Source: Octopus sinensis
Lineage: Eukaryota
Direction: 5' to 3'
Assembly: GCF_006345805.1 (NCBI RefSeq)
Contig: NC_043010.1
Location: 310,001-374,000, forward strand
DNA length: 64,000 bases
Below, one piece after another: positions 12,840 to 24,439 of this stretch. Below the pieces are notes generated by a model. It had not been told where the DNA came from and ran no database searches. It worked only from the letters and a program-made list of their open reading frames with translations. The position numbers and the translations under genes are program-made. How positions within the stretch are numbered: the stretch's first letter is position 1; each line of letters opens with the position of its first letter.

Positions 12840-15800
12840 CAAAAAGCAATAAAGATCAAGTTAATTAAATGAATTTACTTGAATATGGTACCTAACTTAG
12901 ATGCACCAAAAAAAACTATACTGTTTTAACAATACAGTAATGTGGGGTGATTATAAGCGAGAAAGAAGCAACAAGAATGGATAGGTTTTTAGTACAATCG
13001 TTTCATACAAGGACAGGCTTTATTAAAAGTTGTAAAAATTACAGCATATAAACGTGTCCTGTACTCATCAGCTAAAATACATGTGAGTTCTCTAGACATC
13101 CTAGTGGTTGAGGCTATACTCATGAAGTAATGTAGATAATTAAGTAACATAAACAGATTTCCAAAGTTCATTAAAGTTCTTTAAAGATGATGTACAGTCT
13201 TATCACAGAATTTTAAAAAAAGTTCTAATAGCATCACAGAGAAGGTGACCTAATCCATAGAGCACATATGAATTTCCAGAGATATGATGAGGGATTACAT
13301 ACTCACAGAAGACAAATTTATCCATTGTTAATCACAACGAGGTGGGTCTCAATTCCTGCTTATTAGCATTACAGAGAGGGTGAATTAATCCTTTGTATAG
13401 ATGCACAATTTCCAATGGTGTAGATGTAAGTTTCCAGAGAAATGAAGAGGAATTTCATATTCACAGGCGATAAATTTATCAATGGTTGAACACAATGAGG
13501 TAGGTATCAATTCTTGTTATATGATTAGGTATTGCCACATTAATCACATTACTGCTATTTACAAGAGGCTGTAGCTATTTAACTTATAAGGCTGAAGGGC
13601 CTTCTGGAGAGGCCAAGAATAGAAAGGGAAGGGAATAGAAGAAAAGAGAGAAAATAAGGGAGGAGGGAGCAAAAAAAAGGGGGGAAGGGGACTAAAAGAG
13701 AAGAGAAAAGGAAAAAGAGAATAAGAAGAAGAAACAGAAAAAAGAGAAAAGAGAAAGAAATAGGGAAAGAAGGGAAAAAATAAAAATAAAAAAGAGGGTT
13801 CTAGTTATCCAGAAGAATTAGTAGCCGGCAAGTCTGGTTTTAATTTACAGGCATCTATGAACTAGAGGAGAATATTATTCTTTGGCCAGTAAAACAGTAA
13901 ATTTATTGCTGTTGAAATCAGCTATGAATTTAAAGAGAATCTAAAGAGATAACACAGTCAGGGGTTTAGGGGTCAGATGCTAAAATCAAAAGAAATACAT
14001 TAGGAAAATCTAAGTATAATCTTATCAAAAAGTCAATAAAACTTACTTATTTAATTTATTCATTTTATTGTCTTAAGGAGTTGCCGTTATTATTCATACA
14101 TTGACGGACTACAGGTCAAATCTTAGAAGATCATTTACAAGGTGTTAGGGGATTGTCTATCATAATGAAGATAATCATATTATCACCGAGGGGGTAGCCT
14201 TATTTATTTAATTTTGAAATAGAATTATGGGGCTATAGTATCTCATTTTATTTTATTAGAGTTATGCTACTTAAATTAGATTAAGTTAGGAATTAAAATT
14301 AAAAATTACAATTAAGATTTAAAATTAAGAATTTAAAAGATTATGAGTTTGAAATTAGGTAAAGCCTCAATTAAGCAGCGTATAAGTACTATTCATTTCC
14401 CTGTTCCCTAAAAACTGATGCAGATATAAGGAAAAAGATAACTGTGGTGAGAGAACTCTTAGTTATCTACTTAAAGCAGTGCTATACTAGTAGAAATCAA
14501 GTTATATCTATCTATCTAGTTACGGATATTCTAATCATTTAAAATATTTTAAAGTCTTCAATTTAGCGTGGACACAAACTTGACCTAGTTCGATATGATT
14601 ATTCAATAAGTTTCTATGTTTTCTATGCTTTAGAATTTCATACGTCTCCATGGAGCATAGTTGGCAACCAACCCTACTATTTTTATACGGAATTGCTCTC
14701 CTAACTATTTCCCAATTAAGGTTATAATTTTTATTATTATTTTTGAGTCCCAGATTTTGTTTGAAAGTGTGGTGGTACCAGCTTTATGACGTAAGTAAAA
14801 GACGAGATGTGATTTCTAACTCTGGCTAGAAAATTAATTGTACATCCAACGTAAAGATTTGTTATTCTCCGTGGATATGGTACATTTATAGATTACATTA
14901 TTTTCCCCACATAGACCAGGTGCCGGGCATTTTGATTTTATTCTACACTTACACACAGGAGGAGCAACTTCAGGCTTTGGATTATTCTTGGGTAGATGTC
15001 TTAGGTTCCTATTATTTTGATTATCATTTCTATAGTTGGTGCTGATATCTAAAGTATTGCTATTATTTATTGATCCTTCAGCTTCATCATTTAGGTTAAA
15101 GTCCTACCATGATTTCTTATATTATTGGTAATGTTACTATTATTGTTAGTCTTTTTTTCGACTGCATATTGCTGTTATAAATATCACTGATATTTTCATT
15201 CTCCTTATTTTCTCCATTAGCCTTATATCTATTATTTCTATTATTAACATTATTACTTCTATTAATATCGGCATTGTTATTATTACTATTAATGTTAATG
15301 TTATTAGTCATTCTGTGGTTACTAATTTCACCTATGTTTTGATAGTTGCTATTGTTTTTTTATTGTTGGTAGTATTATTATAATTGCTATTGGTATTCAT
15401 GGATATTATTATTTTTATTTCTATCTTTCCTGGCTAGTTAATGTTTTTATTATTAATCTTAGCTATTAAAGTGGACATATTTGGGAGGGTTGAATAAGAA
15501 ATCCTAACTGTTTTCCTAGATATAATCTATGATATCTATGAGAGATAGGGAAATTTTTTTCAGAATTACTTTGAATTTGTTCTGTATATCCGATTGTATC
15601 GCACAGTTGAAAGGGATATTCAGCCATAATATATCTTTTTTATTAAATTTAGGGTTCGTAGAATTACTACTATTCATCTCACCGGAGTTATTGTATTTAT
15701 TACCATTATTTTTATTTTTATTTGTGTGCATCTTAGGTTTATCTACTTCAATATTATCCGAGTTACCTATGTTCTGGTCAATGCTTCTATTTGAATTGTT

Positions 15801-17366
15801 GGGCCTGTGCGCTAGATTAGCGTTTACCATTAATTTAATTCTACTTTTATTTCGGGCTTGGTCTGTATTGCTGCTTACGTGATTACTGATAACTTCATTA
15901 TTAGGAATACGTGAGTTCCCCTTATCAACGAATGTAATCTTTTGGTTGTATCCAGCCTTAGTTAACGCCTCATTATAATGCTCAGAATGGGAGTTAAATA
16001 TATCCTTATTGGATGATAATTTTGAAATTCTTAATGAAATATTTCTTACTAAAGATTCTATTATATTTGGGGGATGATTTGATAATTTATTTACGTAATT
16101 CGTGATTTCGCCTTCCTTTCTAAATGGGTAATGTAGCTTGGAGTTAAGGTCTAGCGTAATATCTAGGAAGTTAACTATTTTAGTGCCCGGTTCATACGTT
16201 ATACTGAGGTTGAAATCCCTAAAGAACTTATTAATTTTCTTTCTAATCCTTTCTATAACAGATTTATTATTACTAGGGATAACAAACAGAGCATCATCCC
16301 TATATAGACCCCCCTGTATTTCTGGTATATCCTTGCTTATGCATTTTAATAGATATGCGCCCACTAGGTTGGTTACCTCAGCCGAATCACTGGAACCATT
16401 GGTATATCAAAAAAATTAGGTGTATCTGCTCTAGTCCATAATTTATCTTCAAATTCTATAAATGTCTTCCTAGCTAGTAGCACAATATTGATTTCTTCTA
16501 GATATGAGGGAGCGATTCATGGCAAATATTAGTGATTTGTTGAGTAAGATAGGGGAAATACTTGAGTAATAACTATTAATATCGAACTGAATAAAGGACA
16601 GACTACTAGTATTAGTTAGAGAGTTAAACCATTTTAGAACTTCATCCGTACTTAGCCATAGGTTAAGGGGAGAAGAGGGGTTATCTGGGGTAGAACACTA
16701 TCCAGGATAGATTTACTAAGTCGGCCAATGTCCGACTTAGTTGGACAGATCAGCCTTACCGAAGGGTTTTCCAAGAAGTTCTTTTTGTGGTCTTTAAGGT
16801 TGATCCTGGGCTCACACGGTTTAAGTGGCTCCGTTCTATCCGTTAAATTTAGTTTCTCCATGATCTCTTTCATTTCCATGTTTACTTTTTTCAAATTGTT
16901 CTTAGTCGTAATTTTATATTTGGAGTTTAGTTCCTTCCTAATTAATTTGCTATAAATATCGTAATCAACTCTATACATATTACCCGTTTTATCTGCTGGT
17001 ACTAGGATTCCATGTTTGCACCGGGTTGACTGAATAAAGTTCCTAAGGTGTCTAAGGTGAGGGTTATATCTTAACGGGTGTTCCTTGAAGCTAATATCAT
17101 CTATAAGATTCAGCAAGTCTTTCTCAAAATTCTCCAGGAATGGGTCTGAGGTGGGCTTTTTCTACTTTTAAAAATTCTTCTAAAATTCTTATCGGTGTTC
17201 TTTTCCTGTAGTTTTTCTTCTGTTTGACATCAAAATGGTACGTTTTCCACCTGATTCTTCTAATGAAATCGTTAATCTATGAATGAGAAGCCAATTATAT
17301 TCATCTATACTATGTAAGGGGATGTCTTTAGGGGAGAACTCAATGTTTACCTTTTCCATTCTTGTT
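12840..17366 (-). mobile_element. Penelope-like element, near-complete but frameshifted RT + GIY-YIG ORF and ~1.7-kb 3' region with hammerhead
   Basis: ILVPADKTGNMY, DHKKNFLENPSVRLICPTKSDIGRLSK (16652-17116); GLYRDDALF, VNFLDITLDL, SNHPPNI, ILWLNIPF (15516-16364); CKCRIKSKCPAPGLCGENNVIYKCTI..YVGCT and CQLC (about 14955-14535). Confidence 0.92.
12987..13077 (-). ncRNA. type I hammerhead ribozyme with long stem II
   Basis: UUUUAG-CUGAUGA-GUACAGGACA..(long loop)..UGUCCUUGUAU-GAAAC-GAUU-GUA-CUAAAA. Confidence 0.85.
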
Positions 17367-17466
17367 GAGAAATGGAAACAAGAATGGAAAAGGTAAACAT
17401 TGAGTTCTCCCCTAAAGACATCCCCTTACATAGTATAGATGAATATAATTGGCTTCTCATTCATAG
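17277..17466. repeat. perfect 90-bp inverted repeat with 10-nt spacer at the PLE 5' end
   Basis: 17277-17366 is the reverse complement of 17377-17466. Confidence 0.95.
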
Positions 17467-17492
17467 GATTACATATCCACATGTACATGTGT

Positions 17493-17679
17493 GTGTGGCA
17501 CGTTAAAAGCACCCACTACACTCACGGAGTGGTTGGCGTTAGGAAGGGCATCCAGCTGTAGAAACATTGCCAGATAAGACTGGAGCCTGGTGCAGCCTTC
17601 TGGCTTCCCAGATCCCCGGTCGAACCGTCCAACCCATGCTAGCATGGAGAACGGACGTTAAACGATGATGATGATGATG
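17493..17679 (+). mobile_element. RTE 3' tail fragment
   Basis: GTGGCACGTTAAAAGCACCCACTACACTCACGGAGTGGTTGGCGTTAGG...AAACG(ATG)n then (TA)n. Confidence 0.88.
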
Positions 17680-17689
17680 TATGCATATA

Positions 17690-17749
<60 letters not shown>

Positions 17750-18564
17750 TATATATATGTGTATATATATGTATATATATATATATGTTATATATGTATG
17801 TATATGTGTATGTATGTGTGTATATATGTGTGTGTGTGTCTTCTATGGTTTTTGGCCAACTAAAGCCTTGTGATTGAGATTGGTAGAAAAAGAAACCTGT
17901 TGTGTGTGTGTGTGTTTATCTTCTTGTCTTGGCATTACTGGTAAACAGATGCCACTGTCACGAAAACTGTTGTTTGTTTGCAATCTTACTAAAAAAAATA
18001 TCCAATTGAGATGAAAATAACAACTTGCATGGAAACACATGAGAGTTGGTGACATGAAGAGCATCCGACTGCAGAAACTCTGCCTCAGTGATGTTTTTTT
18101 GGCTCATCCAGTGATAATAATGGATCTTGCAAAACAAATTCAAAAGCAAAATAAAACTTAAACTTTGGACAAATTGTCAACTTAATGAGTCCTGTTGTAA
18201 GTAAGTTCCCTGGTTATTACTGGTGGTGAGTCTTAGAACTTGTAGGGCCAGCTTCCCAGTTTCCATGACACTTAAGACTGAGATCCCAACATTGCCCCAC
18301 TGAATGGGATGTTGGTCCATCATGGAGTATGTTCATTTACAGCTTAGTGGAATATGAAGCAACATGAAATAAAGTGTCACCTAATCTGGGAATCAAAAGC
18401 ATGATGTTGCAATTATGGGTACAGCACTCTAGCCCACTGGTTCTCATCTGGGGTCCATTTAGCCCTTGTGAGTCCATATAAGATTTTGTTATTAAAATTT
18501 ATCTGCAATAGTTACTACTACAATACGCAAAATATTTTAACAATTTTTTAATGCAATTTTTAAT

Positions 18565-18940
18565 ACAGGCATGGGTGTGTGGTAAGAGGTTTGCTTCCCA
18601 ACCACATTATTCCTGGTTCAGTCCCACTGTGTGACACCTTGGGTGGGTGCCTTCCACTATAGCCTTGTGAGTGGATTTGGTAGACAGAAACTGAAAGAAG
18701 CCTGTTTATATATATATATATATGAATGTGTGTGTGTGTGTGTGTGTCTATATTTGTACCACCCATTGCCACCTGACAACTGGTGTTAGTGTTTTTACAT
18801 CCCCATAACTTAGCAGTTCAGCAAAAAGAATGATAGAATAAGTACTAAGTTTAAAAAAGAAGTCCTGGGGTCAATTTCTTCGACTAAAATCCTTCAGGAC
18901 ATTGCCCCAGCATGGCTGCAGTCAAATGAGTGAAACACAA
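18565..18940 (+). mobile_element. tRNA-derived SINE
   Basis: A-box-like GGGTGTGTGG, B-box-like GGTTCAGTCCC, same body and GCCCCAGCATGGCTGCAGTC tail as 2246-2625. Confidence 0.8.
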
Positions 18941-19283
18941 TTTTTTTTTTTTAATTAAGAAAGAATTCTTAATAATATCTAATTATAAAAACATGATATG
19001 ATTTTATTAAAGATCAAAAGGCCATGAGGGTCCATCCGAGTACAAAGCTAATCAAAAATTGTTGAAATAAAAAATTGTTGAGAAACGCTGCTCTAACTAC
19101 TTGGCCTTCACAGTATCTTAGTTCAACAATTTCCATTCAATAATAAAACCAAACTTTTTTCTTCCTTTTCTGTTATATCATGTCTAATTATTTGAAATCT
19201 ATCTTTTCAGTTCTCTACTACACTCTGTTCTTGTGTCCAAGTAGTTCATTCAAGTGAAGTGTCAGTGATTTGAGCTTTCCTAC

Positions 19284-19461
19284 ATGGACAAGATGCAATC
19301 TGTCAAATCAATCCAATCTATGTGGAAACAGTTTACATTTTGTGGTAAAACCTACCATCGGAATGATCAGTGGAAGACAACCAACAACGGCAATGAAAAT
19401 GATAAACAGAAGAAATCACAGCTGGGCAATTTACTCCAAGAGATGCCTCAGCAGCAGCAGC

Positions 19462-19495
<34 letters not shown>

Positions 19496-20996
19496 GCAGC
19501 ATCAGCAGCAACATCAGCATCATTCACACCATCCTCAACATAATCATTTATATTCTAATAATTACAACTATGCAAACAATAATAGCAACCTCAGCAACAA
19601 CTCTCCTGGTGGTGGTGGTGGCAGTGGTAGTAATAGTGGCAGTAGTAGTAGTATGATGAATGTAAATCATTCAGTGACTGTTACAGGTTCTAATCACGAC
19701 AGTACCCTATCAACTGGTTCAGTATGTGGCATGAATTCTGAAATCAAAGAATTCAGGTGCAATCTCTGCCCTAAAATATTCTCACAACAGACGGGTCTTC
19801 AAATTCACATGCGAGTCCATTTAGAAAAACCTTTGAAAGTTTCAACTAGTCCTAAGCATTATGGTCAAGACTCTGCCCAGAAAAACCATGAACATAGCCA
19901 TTCCTCAGAGAAAACTTACCAATGTAATGTTTGCTTCAAGATATTTAATCAACAAGTGAACCTGCGTAACCATGAACGAACACATACAGGGGAAAGACCT
20001 TTTCAGTGTAATGTTTGCATGAAATCATTTACCCAGCAAACCATACTTCATAACCACCAGCGTGTTCACTCAGGTGAGAAGCCCTTTAAATGTATTATCT
20101 GTGAGAAATCATTCAGTAACCAAACTATTTTAAAAAACCATGAACGTGTACATACTGGTGAGCGACCATTTAAATGTAACAATTGTCCGAAGGCATTCAG
20201 TAATCAAACCATCTTAAAAAACCATGAACGTGTTCACTCAGGAGAGAAACCGTTCCAGTGTTCTCTATGTCTGAAAGTTTTTAGTCAGCAAACAAGTTTG
20301 AAAAATCATCAACGCATCCATACTGGCGAGAAGCCTTTCCAATGTGCTGTTTGCTTGAAGTCTTTCAGTCATCAAACCATTCTTAAAAATCATGAACGAG
20401 TCCATTCTGGGGAGAAACCATATAAATGCTTAGTTTGTTCAAAGTCATTTAGTCATCAAACTATTCTAAAGAACCATGAACGTATCCATTCTGGGGAAAA
20501 GCCATTTCAGTGTAGTGTTTGTTTGAAGTCCTTCAATCAGCAAACTATTCTTCGAAACCATCAGAAAACACACACTGGGGCATTTCCATACAGCTGCTCT
20601 TTCTGCACAAAGGTCTTCTCAGAAGAAGAATATTTAAAAGACCATGAATATGTCCATCGAAAACATCAAGATATTAGGAATGATCTCCCTAGAGAGGATG
20701 ATGTGGGAAGTCCCACCCCACCATACACACCACCAGTTCAATCATCTTCCTCACCTCCTTTATCATCAAGGTCCTCTCCAATGCAACAGTCTACTCCATC
20801 AACCTCAGCTCCCTCCTCATCTCCTGTACCATTTTCTTCAGCACCTATTCCACCAATGTGGCGACCTCCTGCATATCTGCAACCAATGCCACCGCAGTAT
20901 TGGGAAAATGATTATAATTGGTCTAGGGCTTTCTCTGTGTCGACATATTTAACACCTTGGACAAAGCGGTCATCAAACCGTGGGAAAACTCACTGA
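19284..20996 (+). CDS. C2H2 zinc-finger protein, 570 aa, 10 fingers, polyQ N-terminus, Pro/Ser-rich C-terminus, single coding exon
   Basis: Uninterrupted ORF; ten CxxC-x12-HxxxH units with (T/S)GE(K/R)P linkers; acceptor TTTTCAG ending at 19210 and in-frame stop upstream of the ATG. Confidence 0.95.
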
Positions 20997-22400
20997 AAGA
21001 ACTTTTGTCATCATCATCATCATCATTATCATCATCGACACCATCATCATCGTTCCTCATTTTAATGTCCACTTTTCCATGCTTGCATGGGTTGGATGGA
21101 GTTTATTGAGGTAGATTTTCTGTGACCAGACATGTTCTCACAGAATATTGGAAATGAATGACATTGCTTGCATGACGGTGACAGTCATTTTACAACTATC
21201 ACATGATGTCACAACAAGGAGACACAAACACATATGCACACATACATATGTGTGAATGATGGGTTTCTTTCAGTTTTCATATACTAAATCTACTCACAAG
21301 GCTTTGCTCAGCCCAGGGCAATAGTAGAAGACACTTGCCCAAGGTGTCGTGCAGTGGGACCGAACCCAGAATCATGTGACTGAGATTTCAGAGTCAGCTG
21401 AAATCATCTTTGTGAGTTCCCAATAAGTGAAATTAGCAATCTGATTTTTTAAAGCTTCACTTTAACAGTATTATCAACTAATTAAGACATTATCACAACC
21501 ACTACCACCACCACCATCATCATCATCATAATTATTATTATTATTATTGTTATTTGCTTTTCATCCTTTTGGGGTCGATGAATTAAGTACCAGTTGAACG
21601 CTGGGGTTGATGTAATCGACACATCCCCTCCCCCAAAATGGCTAACCTTGTGGCAAATTTTAAAACCATTAATATTATTATCATTATTGTAATTAGTATT
21701 GTAATTAGTATTGTAGTAGAGTGACAGATTAAATGGCTTGCTGTGTTGAGTTACATCTCTGTAGCTTCAAATATTGCAAAGAGTCAACTTTCACCCTCTC
21801 AATCAGACATAAAAGAATGGAAAAAGTCTATCATGGTCTCTTTGTAACTGGTGGCCTGTAAATGCTGCATCCAGTTTATTGATGTCCAGAGTCGTTTTAA
21901 AAGTACGAGAATGATATTCATGGCTGGAAGATAATTCGAATCCCTGATATAACCCTAACTCATCTCAAATACAATTGTGTGCTCTTGTACCAATGTAAAA
22001 ATTGTAAAAGAAGGGAAAAAAAAAGGAAAAAATTTACCATTTATAATGTTCCCCTTCCTCATCATCACTACCACTAATATCAGGATCATTTTCATCATCA
22101 TCATTAAGTGTTCATCACTTACGAAAAATTTATTTTTGTCTTGCAAAAGCTATACAACAAAAGCTGAACATTTCCAGAGGTTTGTGACCAGAAACTTGTG
22201 AATTCTATATATTTGGCATTATGGTCTCTTTCTTTATATCTCTGTCATATGTATGTGTGGTGTGTGTGCAATTTCATTTTTAAAAATTTAGAGTTAATTT
22301 TGACTGGCCACCCACTTGGTAGCAAGCTTGTGAAGGAGAGCATTTTGTTTTCTATGTATCTATGAGTGTATGCGTGTGTATGAACGTATGTATGTATATA

Positions 22401-22617
22401 CAAGGGGGTGCTAAAAAGTTCTTGGCTTTAAGGGTATCATGAAAAGCCTGGTTGGGGTCCCAACTTTCAGTTCTTTTACAGGGCTTAGGAAAACTGAAGG
22501 ACTGCTGCAATAAGTGTGTGAATTTGAGAGGGGAATATATTAAATAAAATCATAATTAACTGATCTTCCTGTATTTTCTTTTACCCAAAACCAGGAACTT
22601 TTCAGCCCCACCCCTCA
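22401..22617. mobile_element. Tc1/mariner-type MITE
   Basis: Imperfect TIRs GGGGGTGCTAAAAAGTTCTTGGC / ACCAGGAACTTTTCAGCCCCACCCC with TA on both sides. Confidence 0.7.
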
Positions 22618-23329
22618 TAGTTTTTCTATAAATTATCTCAAGTGATGCTGCTCCGTATACATCATCAGTAGTGTTTCCTGGTGTCATTAGGCATTTCAGG
22701 TCATTCATCAATCAAACTCACAACTGGGTGATCCAGCTGGAGTTGATCAAATCCCAGCTTGTCTCCAGTTAGCACTACACCTGGTAGCACTGCCCCTTTC
22801 AGGGCTCACACTTCCTGACCTACAGCCACCTTTAGTCAATCTCTAAAGACGACTAGGTCAGGAAGTGTCAACTTGATGGCCTTTCATCTATTTGCTTCTC
22901 TAAGATGTGCAGAGAAAATGCCCTGCACACTTTTTACATCCCGTATAAAAATATATATTTATATAAAATAAAACTTAGATATTGTTATATTTCAGGATGG
23001 TCATTTTTTTTGTCTTGCCAAATAAATACATGCACTATTTGGCAAGAAAAAGGGAAATGACCATCCCAAAATATAACAATATTTGTTTCAACACGCAATT
23101 TCACATCAAGAATCTTGCAAAACAAATACATGAATGTAAAAACTTAGTTATGTTTCAGCCAAAATTAGCCCAGGCCATATCTCACTTTGCATCATCACCT
23201 AAAAGAACCTTTAAGTCATTTTAAAATCAAGTATTGTGGTTTCATGGCTCATTCAAGTTAGGGGGTTGTTATTGACTAAGATGTATCCAGGTAAAGGTGG
23301 CTTGTTTTGGTATCCCTTTCCAGATATTG

Positions 23330-23990
23330 TTTGAAGGTGATGATCCTTTTCTGCTTTGATTCGTTTTGGGATGTTGAATTGAGCAGGGCTAGTTAGGCAA
23401 AAGTATTCATGTTGCAATGTGATTATGTGTTATGACTCTGAATTGTACAGGGAGTGTATGGCATTGGGCCCTAGTCTTTATTGAATTGTGAACTTGATGT
23501 TAAGATGATTTGGGCAATGCTGATAGTATATTCTCCACATTATGCGAATAAATCAGTCATGCTATTATTTTCTTTTATGATTGTTATCTGGGGGTGTCTC
23601 AGTTGTCATAATGTTTTCTTCAGTATGGTGAGACCACTGATATGACACCTGACTCTTTCCTGCATCGCCTTGGACAGAAATTTTCCCTTCCTCATCTTGT
23701 ATGAAAAATGTTGAATTTCCTCATGCACCACCAGCCTGATGAGCTTTTCATCCACACCTTTCCCCTGTGCAAAGGCACACATCGACTTACTGATGATTTC
23801 CTGGATTTCAGTGATGAATTCCAGATTTCTGATGGTGTCACATCATTGATTACAGGTTTTCCTCTCTGTTGTTCCCACGTAGTCGAAACCTGAATCTTTT
23901 AGCTCCTTTCTGACCTTTTTCACCATCCTTCTGTTGATGTCGGGGAAGGCAAACTCTTGTTTGTCCTTCTTTTCTGCATAGATTCCAAGG
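23330..23990 (-). mobile_element. degraded Tc1/mariner-superfamily transposase N-terminal region
   Basis: Minus strand reads IRNLEFITEIQEIISKSMCAFAQGKGVDEKLIRLVVHEEIQHFSYKMRK, resembling the HTH region of ITm transposases; many stops. Confidence 0.5.
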
Positions 23991-24439
23991 ACTCCATGCC
24001 TCTTCCAAAAATTTGGGTTTTCAAAATTTTCCATAGTCAATTAATATGCAAAAAAATAATGCAAAAATGGTTATTGTTTTTAAGAAGAAAAAGATGGATT
24101 ACAAAAGTAAGAAAATTATGTGTTAAATTAGCAGTTGAAAATTGCGAACAATAACATCTGCACTGTGTGTGTGTATATATCATTATCATCATTATCATGG
24201 TTTCACGTCCGCTATATATAAAATGTGAAGTAGTTGGCATTAGGAAAGCCATCCAACTGTAGAAACCATGCCAAAATAGACATTAGAGCTCAGTGCAGCT
24301 CTCTAGCTCCTCAATCCAACCCATGCCAGTATGGAAAAGGGATGTTAAATGAGGCTGTTATGTATAAAATTGTGTCTGTGTGTCGGGTGCCTGCCAGCGT
24401 GCTGTGGACTTGTTTGACTTTTCCAAGCATCTCCGACAT

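Noticed and set aside
19270-19656. Overlapping alternative-frame and antisense ORFs on both ZNF genes and the LINEs
   Set aside because: Shadows of low-complexity or coding sequence with no independent motifs.
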